The notes below the pieces were generated by a model, which did no database searches, was not told the DNA's origin, and was given only the letters and a program-made list of their open reading frames with translations. From a virus (lineage: Duplodnaviria; Caudoviricetes): a stretch of 24,082 bases of DNA. Position numbers and translations under genes: made by a program. The stretch is taken from IMG/VR virus record IMGVR_UViG_3300032315_001433, positions 1-24,082 of that record; one strand, written 5' to 3'. Within the stretch, counting starts at the first letter, position 1, and every line of letters starts with the position of its first letter. Shown piece after piece: positions 17,261 to 24,082 of this stretch.

Positions 17261-19329
17261 GTATTGTCTTCAAGAATATCACCCTTCGTAACTTTTTAAG
17301 TGTGGGTGCAATAACACAATCGGTATCACTAGATACCAGCGAGTTGACCTTGGTATTAGGTGAAAATCTGGATTTGGGTGGCGCTGGAGCCAGAAATGGG
17401 GTAGGAAAAACTACAATGATCCAAGCACTCAGCTATGCGTTGTTTGGTAATCCTATCAATAGTATTCGTAAGGACAATTTGATTAACCGCACTAACGGGA
17501 AAGGAATGCTGGTTACTCTAGAATATAGTGCTAACGGAATCGAATATAAGATCGAACGTAGCCGCAAACCACATGCGCTTAAATTCTATATCAACAACCA
17601 ATTACAAGATGCAAAAGATGATGCTCAAGGTGAGAATAAAGATACCCAGGTAGTAATCGAACGCAGTATTGGCATGACACATGATATGTTTAAGCATATT
17701 GTTGTACTCAACACCTATACAGAACCATTTCTAGCATTGGGCGCTGGCCAACAGCGCAACATCATCGAACAACTCCTTGGTATCACTTTGCTTTCTGAAA
17801 AAGCAGAAGCTATCAAGACTCAGATGAAGTCTACTAAGGAATCTATCGAACAGGAAGAATTTAAAGCTAGGACTATACAAGAAGCTAATAAACGAGTCGA
17901 AGAACAGATCGAAAATCTTCGGCGCCGGCGTAGGTTGTGGACTGCAAAGCACACTGAAGACCTAAACAAATTGGCGATAGAGTATGATGATTTAAATAAG
18001 ATCGATATTGATGCTGAGTTGTTTGCTCATAAGGCACTGACTTTATATCAAGAAAAGAAGAAGAAACAAGACCTCTGTAATAGCCTATTGGCTCGGCAGA
18101 TTGCTTGGAAGCAGAAGCGTGACACGGATATAAAAATATTACAGAATAGTTACACTGCGTTAAAGACAATCGACATTGATTCTGAATTGCAAGCACATAT
18201 CGACCTCATTGCATACAATCAAAAAAAGATCGAACTCGCTGCTATCAATAGGGCTATTGTTACATTAGAATCAACTCTCAAGAAGGACGAGAATCTTGTT
18301 ATCGAGTTAGAAAAAGAAATAGAAACACTTGAAGGAAACAAATGTTATACATGTGGGCAAGACTTCCACGATGACAATCATACTGCTGTTATAGCCAACA
18401 AACAGGCTACGCTCGTTGTTGCTCGTCAAGAACTTGCCCAAACCCAAACTGATTTAGAAAAAAATAAAAATTCTGTTTATGTTTTGGGCGAGATTCCTGT
18501 CACACATTACAAGACCCAAACAGAAGCCATTAAGCATAGTTCAGAACTTGAAAATATTCAAAATCAGATCGATTCTAAAAACTCCGAAACGGATCCTTAT
18601 GTAGAACAAATCAATGAGCATTATACCGATGAAGTATTAGGTGCTGCTCCGACGACATACTATGACACTGAAGCTGAAGCAATCGAACATCGCAGTACAG
18701 TTGCTAATTTGTTGCAGCAGATACAGCGTAAAGTAGAAGAAGTTGATCCATATATAGATCAGATCAATGACATGGAAAAATCAGCATTGCAAGAAATTAA
18801 CTTCGACCGTATCAACGAACTTACCAAGATCGCCGATCACTTGAAGTTCTTGCTCGACCTATTAACTAGTAAGGATTCGTTCGTGCGCAAGAAGATCATC
18901 GATCAGAACTTGTCGTATCTCAATGCTAGACTAACTCATTATCTAGACAAGATCGGTCTTCCCCATACAGTTGTTTTCAAGAACGATTTGACCGTAGAAA
19001 TCACTGAACTAGGCCGTGAGTTGGATTTCTATAATCTTAGCCGCGGTGAAATGAACCGTTTGATACTTGCACTTTCTTTCGCATTCCGTGATGTTTGGGA
19101 AAATCTATACTTCCCGATCAACACTGTATTTATTGATGAACTTGTCGACGCCGGAATGGATAGTATTGGATTAGAAAATTCACTTGCAATTCTAAAAACA
19201 ATGGCACGAAACCGTAACAAATCTATCTGGCTAGTAAGTCATAAGGAAGAATTAATCAGTAGAGTTGACAGGGTATTAAAGGTTATAAAAGAGGGAGGTT
19301 TCACCTCCTACTGCATTGATACTGATTAA
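17257..19329 (+). CDS. gp46: Recombination ATPase, gp46/Rad50/SbcC-like (690 aa)
   Basis: LRNFLSVG, Walker A with insertion (GENLDLGGAGARNGVGKTT), coiled coil with CYTC zinc hook, LSRGE signature, VFIDE Walker B, VSH; ATGA overlap with gp47. Confidence 0.93.
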   Translation: MSIVFKNITLRNFLSVGAITQSVSLDTSELTLVLGENLDLGGAGARNGVGKTTMIQALSYALFGNPINSIRKDNLINRTNGKGMLVTLEYSANGIEYKIERSRKPHALKFYINNQLQDAKDDAQGENKDTQVVIERSIGMTHDMFKHIVVLNTYTEPFLALGAGQQRNIIEQLLGITLLSEKAEAIKTQMKSTKESIEQEEFKARTIQEANKRVEEQIENLRRRRRLWTAKHTEDLNKLAIEYDDLNKIDIDAELFAHKALTLYQEKKKKQDLCNSLLARQIAWKQKRDTDIKILQNSYTALKTIDIDSELQAHIDLIAYNQKKIELAAINRAIVTLESTLKKDENLVIELEKEIETLEGNKCYTCGQDFHDDNHTAVIANKQATLVVARQELAQTQTDLEKNKNSVYVLGEIPVTHYKTQTEAIKHSSELENIQNQIDSKNSETDPYVEQINEHYTDEVLGAAPTTYYDTEAEAIEHRSTVANLLQQIQRKVEEVDPYIDQINDMEKSALQEINFDRINELTKIADHLKFLLDLLTSKDSFVRKKIIDQNLSYLNARLTHYLDKIGLPHTVVFKNDLTVEITELGRELDFYNLSRGEMNRLILALSFAFRDVWENLYFPINTVFIDELVDAGMDSIGLENSLAILKTMARNRNKSIWLVSHKEELISRVDRVLKVIKEGGFTSYCIDTD

Positions 19330-19357
19330 AGTTTTTATTTTCAGCATCATTACGAGT

Positions 19358-19365
19358 GATAAATC
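19358..19365 (+). promoter_or_regulatory. Late-promoter-like box GATAAATC
   Basis: One mismatch to GATAAATA, exactly 5 nt before ATG 19371. Confidence 0.5.
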
Positions 19366-19370
19366 ATAGT

Positions 19371-19928
19371 ATGCCCTCACCACAAAAAGCTAAAGGTTCA
19401 TCATTTGAAAGAGAAATCGCAAGTTTCCTTTCAAAAACTTACGACGAAAGTTTTATCAGAGCCCCTGGATCAGGTGCATACATTGGCGGCAAGAATCAAG
19501 CTAGGAAGCAATACTTACATGAGGATCAGGTTAGGAGTTTCAAAGGGGACATCGTTCCAGGAGAAACTTTTAAAAACTTCAATGCTGAATGTAAAAATTA
19601 TAAAGACTTCCCCTTTCATTTAGTATTGACCGGTGAATGTAAGCAACTTGATTCTTGGATCAAGCAACTCATGGATGTAGCCGAAGATAATGATTGTAAC
19701 ATCTTGTTCATGAAATTCGACCGCAAAGGCAAGTATGTTGCTGTGCAAACAAAATATACTTGGGTTACTGATAACTTCATCTACTACAGTTCTGCTACCG
19801 CAGGTGACTGGGTGATGATTGAATTCAATCATTTTTTCAAGCTCAACAAAGACCTTCTTAAAATCTATTCAGGCTCAACTAAAGCAACCACAGACACCAT
19901 GTCCGGAAACATAACGCTCAATACTTAG
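19371..19928 (+). CDS. Holliday junction resolvase, Hjc-like PD-(D/E)XK nuclease (185 aa)
   Basis: MPSPQKAKGSSFEREIA..RAPGSGA..GDI..AECK pattern of Hjc-type phage resolvases; downstream of gp46. ATG 19371 preferred over GTG 19356. Confidence 0.8.
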   Translation: MPSPQKAKGSSFEREIASFLSKTYDESFIRAPGSGAYIGGKNQARKQYLHEDQVRSFKGDIVPGETFKNFNAECKNYKDFPFHLVLTGECKQLDSWIKQLMDVAEDNDCNILFMKFDRKGKYVAVQTKYTWVTDNFIYYSSATAGDWVMIEFNHFFKLNKDLLKIYSGSTKATTDTMSGNITLNT

Positions 19929-20090
19929 CTTTCTTAATATACTCACAGACACCAAAGTCTTGCCACTCATTTATCCCATATAAAGCTCATCAGACACCAA
20001 GTCTTGCTCATACATACATAATTGTTTGGGATTATACATACATAGCTGTTTGGTCGGGGTTGCTCGACTCTCCTTGAGGGCGCAGACACC
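19891..20090. repeat. Direct-repeat cluster: CAGACACC x4 and ATACATACATAnnTGTTTGG x2
   Basis: CAGACACC at 19891, 19946, 19991 and 20083 (the middle two extend to CAGACACCAA(A)GTCTTGC); 20-bp repeats at 20010-20029 and 20034-20053. Confidence 0.9.
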
Positions 20091-20416
20091 TGCGTTACGG
20101 ATCTGGAGCCGAGAGTGCATTCTCTCAAAAAGCGTAGACATGCGTTGTCTATGGAACACCGACCGGGCAATCGACATGGTTTTGCGAACCCGGAATGAGT
20201 CTACATTATACTCTATCTTGAAGATGTAGAACATGCGTTGCTGAGTGCTACGGCCTCAACTACAGTCCCATCATTACTTTACAGGGCAACCGGTGGCGTT
20301 ATACAGCAAAGAACAGGGCTAGTATATCGGGGAACAGATAGCAAAGGTGACGGGTCATGGCATCCTAAAACTTTGGTAGTGCTAAATTAGCACTACCATG
20401 GCTCAAAATCGGCAAT
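20046..20416 (+). ncRNA. Candidate large structured non-coding RNA, family not recognised
   Basis: About 49% GC over 20041-20400 versus about 34% in the preceding 120 bp (hand counts); many helices: 20047-57/20159-69, 20080-95, 20111-26, 20133-53, 20200-07/20223-30, 20237-44/20409-16, 20352-60/20396-404, 20374-98; G-U pairs favour the plus strand; no credible ORF. Confidence 0.6.
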
Positions 20417-20553
20417 TGGTTTCTAGAACTTATATGAAAGAACCCTTAATTAAGCGAAATAAACAAAAAGAAAGAGTAGACCGAACGAACGTAGTGAGTT
20501 AGGTATAAGTTGTTCGAAGAACAACTCTCCAAGATAGAGAATGGTATAATATG

Positions 20554-20591
20554 GTAATAGAGAAAACTAACTGAATAGTCTTCTCTATTAC
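20554..20591 (-). terminator. Long hairpin just after the gp51-like stop; probable terminator or processing stem
   Basis: GTAATAGAGAAAACTA-ACTGAA-TAGTCTTCTCTATTAC; 16-bp stem whose single A/C mismatch is a G-U pair on the minus-strand RNA; 5 nt after the TAG at 20597. No strong U-tract. Confidence 0.55.
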
Positions 20592-20596
20592 GTTTG

Positions 20597-20773
20597 CTAG
20601 AAGAATGGCATCTGAGAAGTTTTTGTTACTTCTAGATTGCTTTCGATGATCTCGCTGATTGACTTGCGTTCTTCTTCGCTTAGATTAAGAATCTCGTCAT
20701 AGGTAATACCACCTCTCATATACCATGCCATCGACATACATGATTTCTTGATGTCCCTGACTTCGTTTTCCAT
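20597..20773 (-). CDS. Small baseplate-hub assembly protein, gp51-like (58 aa from ATG; probably the -1 frameshift extension of the gp26-like gene)
   Basis: Below the ORF-track cutoff. MENEVRDIKKSCMSMAWYMRGGITYDEILNLSEEERKSISEIIESNLEVTKTSQMPFF; the frame stays open upstream through the end of the gp26-like gene. Confidence 0.75.
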   Translation of the reverse strand: MENEVRDIKKSCMSMAWYMRGGITYDEILNLSEEERKSISEIIESNLEVTKTSQMPFF

Positions 20774-20820
20774 CCCATCTATCAGCTTCTTGATGTCTTC
20801 AGGTGACGAATTAAGAAGCC

Positions 20821-21645
20821 TTACTCGAAAAAATCTGCTGGATTTAACGTGAAGCTCTGTTCGTATTCATGTTCACAACTGTCACACTTCATCTTTAGTG
20901 GTTTGAGTTCAGTTGCTCTTTTAAGCTCACCGTTGAAATCTCTGATATTCACGTACATCTCTTTATCGCAGTTGTGCAAGAAGTCATTAATGAATTCTTT
21001 TTCTGTTACTTTGATAGTAGGTGTTTGGATATATTCTATCCCGCTGCTGACTATATCCATAGTTAGTTCTGTGATCTTTCTTAATGCTTCTTCACCGGTA
21101 ATTGCTCTTTGTTCGGCATCTTCTATCAAGTCTAGTGTAGCAAATACACGTTGTATATTAAATTGGTCCTTCGCTGCATCGTTCAATTCTTTGTAGGTTA
21201 GAGGCTTGAATTTAAATGACAATTCATTGATCTCTAGTGGAGTAGAATAATCACCCGGCTCTAGTGAAGACAATATCGCAACTAAGTTTATAGCGTAAGG
21301 ACTCGTTTCACTGCAAGCAGGGCAGGTTGATTCTACCTTCATCTCACCGTTACCACTAGAGGCTCTTACGGCGATAAGGATCGCATCTAGATCCATTGAG
21401 TTGATTTGCCACGGGTCTTTGATATCAGGAATGCAACTCGCAATCAACTGAGCAACTGCTACCCCATTAAATAATGCGTCGGGAGTTCTAGCAGTAATTT
21501 CGTCGATTGCAGTCATGGGATATACTGGTAGTTCGCCAGTCTCGGGCATGTCGATCACACCAGGTGCATAATCCTTTCCGCCGCTAGGTAACTTGAGATA
21601 GATCGACGGTCTTCTGAAATATTGCTTAAGTGGATTGTTGTTCAT
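20821..21645 (-). CDS. gp26: Baseplate hub assembly chaperone, T4 gp26-like
   Basis: NPLKQYFRRPSIYLKLPSGG, VYPMTAIDE, DLDAILIAVRASS.G, two CxxC pairs (CPAC, CDSC), C-terminal DFF; GAGGA RBS at 21658-21654. Confidence 0.8.
   Translation of the reverse strand: MNNNPLKQYFRRPSIYLKLPSGGKDYAPGVIDMPETGELPVYPMTAIDEITARTPDALFNGVAVAQLIASCIPDIKDPWQINSMDLDAILIAVRASSGNGEMKVESTCPACSETSPYAINLVAILSSLEPGDYSTPLEINELSFKFKPLTYKELNDAAKDQFNIQRVFATLDLIEDAEQRAITGEEALRKITELTMDIVSSGIEYIQTPTIKVTEKEFINDFLHNCDKEMYVNIRDFNGELKRATELKPLKMKCDSCEHEYEQSFTLNPADFFE
20827..20833 (-). other. Putative -1 ribosomal frameshift slippery site T TTT TTC
   Basis: GAT TTT TTC GAG TAA; X XXY YYZ heptamer in the correct phase, and the -1 frame leads without a stop into the gp51-like ORF. 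Confidence 0.7.
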
Positions 21646-21663
21646 ATGTTATTTCCTCATGAG

Positions 21664-21720
21664 TTTGGGTAATTTCCCAACACTAAATACTAAGTATATT
21701 TAGTGGGTAAAAAACCCAAA
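21664..21720. promoter_or_regulatory. Palindromic divergent late-promoter region (ACTAAATA on both strands)
   Basis: ACTAAATA plus at 21682-21689 and minus at 21704-21697, nested in the inverted repeats TTTGGGT...ACCCAAA, between the divergent gp26-like and tape-measure-like genes. Confidence 0.65.
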
Positions 21721-21740
21721 ATATTTTTTCGGAAGTGACA

Positions 21741-24082
21741 ATGGATCCAGAACTTCAAGAGCAATACGAAGAACAGCTAAAGCAGTCTACTGAATTGCTG
21801 AGCCAATATAACAGTGTTATGGCTAGCACTTTAGCAAATTTTGCCAAGACAGTTCAACCCCTTGACCATGCTACAAGAGATGCCACACGTGCTACGCGAG
21901 ATTCTATCCGCAACACACACGCTGCCGGACAAGCATTGCGTACATACACAGAAGCTGAAGTCGAGTCAACAAAAAAGACTACCGCTGCTTCAGAAGGCTT
22001 AAAAAATGGTTTGCACCACAGTAAGATCGCGCTGGGGTCATTCAGTGCCGCATTGTTTTCTGGAACTGAGGGATTCGCAAAATACGGCGCTGGCTTAAAC
22101 TCATTAGGAGATGCAACAGCGGCAGTTACGTCACAATTTGGTCCATTGGGAAAAGCTGCCGGTCTACTTGCTCAAGGACTCACCAGAGTTGCAGAATTAG
22201 CATTTAAACAGGCTGATAGCCTAAATTCCTTCGCTGACACCTTCAAGAAGATGGGTGCAGTGGGGGGGATGACCAATACTGAATTATTAGAAATGGCGCA
22301 AAGTGCAGGTTATGCTTCAATGGACCTGCAAAAATTATTAAAACCGATTGCTACCTTAGGCAGTGCTGTAGTTAACCTGGGTGGGACAGCCGCCGAAGGT
22401 CAAAAATCCTTCATGAATATTGCTAATATCGGTTCAGATGCTAGAAAGAAATTCAATCGTTTAGGAATGCAGATTGAAGATGTTAATAATGCTCAGGCTC
22501 AATATATTGCATTACAAAGAATGTCTGGTATGGCATTCTCTTCCTCAGCTAAAGATCAAGAAAGGTTGAAAAAATCCTCAGTAGAATATGCTGAAAACTT
22601 AATTAAATTGGCTGCCATAACAGGTGAAGATATTGATTCTATAAAGAAACAGCAAGAAATAGCATATAAGGAATACCAAGAACTTATGGCAACTGCTGCG
22701 ATGCGCACTAGAATAGAAGAATTAAAAAAGAGAGGCAATGATGTAGAGGCTCAAGCTGAAATAGCAAGAATCGAAAATAGATTGTCAGCTACACAGAAAT
22801 TAAAAGATGACACCAATACCTTATTCGGTACTGATATGGGTGCTCAAATTCGTGATTATATACGTTCGGGAGGCCGAATATCTGAAGAAAACATTGGCGC
22901 GGCTAGGGCTGGCGGCCAAGAATTAGAAACTTTACGTCAGTTAGCTGCGCAGGGCGCTACTCCGGAACAAATTGGAGAGCAAATGCAGAAATTACGAGAT
23001 GAAATGCGTAAAAGTATCGGTGCTACCGCTCAGCAATTTGGGGCTGATCCCAGCCGGCCAGGCGCTTTAGCAATATTAGATGCTAAATCAGCAGAAGAAT
23101 TGGGAAGACAGTTCGGGGCAACTCCGGAATTAGTACAAAAATTATTTGCAACTAGTCAAAAACCTTCAGAGGCTGCAGCCGCAGCAGCTGCCGGAGTCGC
23201 AGCAGCAGGTAAAGAAGGATTTGATAAGGCTGCCGACGCAAGAGCAAATTTGACTGAGCTAGAAATAAAAGCCAAAGTCGGACTAGACAAATTGCTTCTT
23301 ACTGTTAACCCATTAACTAGTGGTTTTAATGCTACAACTATAGCTGCTACTGCATTATTCGGCGCCGCGACTTTGGCCGCAGTCGCGTTAACCGCTATGG
23401 CAGGAAAGGCTGCACTAGCAACTGGACTAGATGCATTGGGAGGAGGCGGCCGAGGTAGAGGTCGACTTGCTGCCGGCGGTGCTGGAAAGTTATTAGGCAG
23501 TGGCGCTGGAAAATTATTGGCTGGCTCCGCCGTGGGCGGTGCTGGAAAGTTATTAGGCAGTGGCGCTGGAAAATTATTGGCTGGCTCCGCCGTGGTCGGT
23601 GCTGGTCTTGACATATATGGTAGAGCCCAAGAAAAACAAAGTGCAGCACAGATCGCAACAGGAGTCGGCGGCGGCCTCGCCGGTGCTGCACTTGGCGCTA
23701 AAGGTGGCGCTATGGCCGGGGGCGCAATAGGAAGTTTATTTGGTGTTGTGGGCGCAGTACCCGGCGCTGCTATCGGAGGACTTCTTGGAGGCGGTCTCGG
23801 CTATTTTGCTGGTGGAAAAGCAGGGGATGCTTTGTTTGGTGCATTTAAAGGTAAAGGTAAACCTGAATCAGAAGTAGCGACCCCAGGTGATACTGCAATT
23901 TCTCCGGAAACACAAGCGATACTAAATGAAAGTGCTAAATCGTCGAAAGCATTAGAACAACTTATAAAAACATCGGATTCTACTACTGCTTCCACCGACA
24001 GTCGTGATTATATACGTTCGGGAGGCCGAATATCTGAAGAAAACATTGGCGCGGCTAGGGCCGGCGGCCCTGAAATAGAAAC
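21741..24082 (+). CDS. Tape measure protein-like (3' end outside window)
   Basis: Not in the ORF track (no stop in the window). ATG 21741: MDPELQEQYEEQLKQSTELL...; Ala/Gln/Lys-rich helical sequence, then hydrophobic and glycine-zipper segments (GGGLAGAALGAKGGAMAGGAIGSLFG..GAAIGGLLGGGLG); adjacent to the gp26-like chaperone. Confidence 0.7.
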   Translation, partial: MDPELQEQYEEQLKQSTELLSQYNSVMASTLANFAKTVQPLDHATRDATRATRDSIRNTHAAGQALRTYTEAEVESTKKTTAASEGLKNGLHHSKIALGSFSAALFSGTEGFAKYGAGLNSLGDATAAVTSQFGPLGKAAGLLAQGLTRVAELAFKQADSLNSFADTFKKMGAVGGMTNTELLEMAQSAGYASMDLQKLLKPIATLGSAVVNLGGTAAEGQKSFMNIANIGSDARKKFNRLGMQIEDVNNAQAQYIALQRMSGMAFSSSAKDQERLKKSSVEYAENLIKLAAITGEDIDSIKKQQEIAYKEYQELMATAAMRTRIEELKKRGNDVEAQAEIARIENRLSATQKLKDDTNTLFGTDMGAQIRDYIRSGGRISEENIGAARAGGQELETLRQLAAQGATPEQIGEQMQKLRDEMRKSIGATAQQFGADPSRPGALAILDAKSAEELGRQFGATPELVQKLFATSQKPSEAAAAAAAGVAAAGKEGFDKAADARANLTELEIKAKVGLDKLLLTVNPLTSGFNATTIAATALFGAATLAAVALTAMAGKAALATGLDALGGGGRGRGRLAAGGAGKLLGSGAGKLLAGSAVGGAGKLLGSGAGKLLAGSAVVGAGLDIYGRAQEKQSAAQIATGVGGGLAGAALGAKGGAMAGGAIGSLFGVVGAVPGAAIGGLLGGGLGYFAGGKAGDALFGAFKGKGKPESEVATPGDTAISPETQAILNESAKSSKALEQLIKTSDSTTASTDSRDYIRSGGRISEENIGAARAGGPEIE
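22850..24082 (+). repeat. Dispersed 81-bp direct repeat (22850-22930 and 24002-24082) in the tape-measure-like gene
   Basis: First 60 bp identical, 4 mismatches in the last 21 bp; 1152 bp apart, so in frame; encodes RDYIRSGGRISEENIGAARAGG. Confidence 0.95.
23475..23594 (+). repeat. Exact 60-bp tandem duplication (GGAGKLLGSGAGKLLAGSAV x2)
   Basis: 23475-23534 is identical to 23535-23594. Confidence 0.97.

Noticed and set aside
19891-20053. Possible mini-CRISPR array from the CAGACACC..GTCTTGC repeats
   Set aside because: Repeats are only 17-18 bp, spacing is irregular (55, 45, 92 bp), and no cas genes are in the window.
19967-20234. Short ORFs 19967-20170 (-), 19971-20234 (-) and 20026-20229 (+)
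   Set aside because: Mutually overlapping, Cys/Arg-rich atypical composition, no RBS; the region is better explained by base-pairing.
20046-20416. Group I/II intron, tmRNA, RNase P or tRNA
   Set aside because: No interrupted gene, no group II domain V, no convincing P7 pair, no GAGGAAAGUCC, no cloverleaf or CCA end recognised by eye; a covariance-model search is still needed.
22556-23995. Minus-strand ORFs opposite the tape-measure-like gene
   Set aside because: Antisense shadows of the long plus-strand frame that the ORF track missed.
22850-24082. Diversity-generating retroelement TR/VR pair
   Set aside because: Mismatches are T/C, A/C, A/T and T/A, not confined to adenines of one copy, and no reverse transcriptase is in the window.
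1-24082. Stop-codon reassignment as in some large phages
   Set aside because: Genes are full length in code 11, and TAA, TAG and TGA all end genes.

Overview
A 24-kb segment of a large, AT-rich T4-related (myovirus-type) phage genome, read in the standard genetic code. Bases 1-15151 (minus strand) are a baseplate/tail module: tube-initiator-like protein, gp53/LysM-like wedge, gp27-like hub, gp5/VgrG-like spike with a very long Gly/Ser/Ala-rich extension, gp25, gp6-like wedge and a large structural protein running off the left edge. Bases 15310-19928 (plus strand) carry a gp55-like late sigma factor, gp47/gp46 (Mre11/Rad50-like) and an Hjc-like resolvase. A gp26-like plus gp51-like pair (minus) and a divergent tape-measure-like gene run off the right edge. 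The most interesting elements are: (i) a ~370-nt GC-enriched, heavily base-paired intergenic element (20046-20416) that looks like a large plus-strand structured RNA I cannot assign to a family, with upstream direct repeats and downstream GNA-triloop ssDNA-type hairpins (possible RNA-primed origin); (ii) a probable programmed -1 frameshift (T TTT TTC) fusing the gp26-like and gp51-like ORFs, lambda G/GT style; (iii) several promoters placed to give leaderless mRNAs; (iv) matched duplications in both coiled-coil arms of gp46. All protein calls come from motifs and synteny recognised by eye; no database searches were run.
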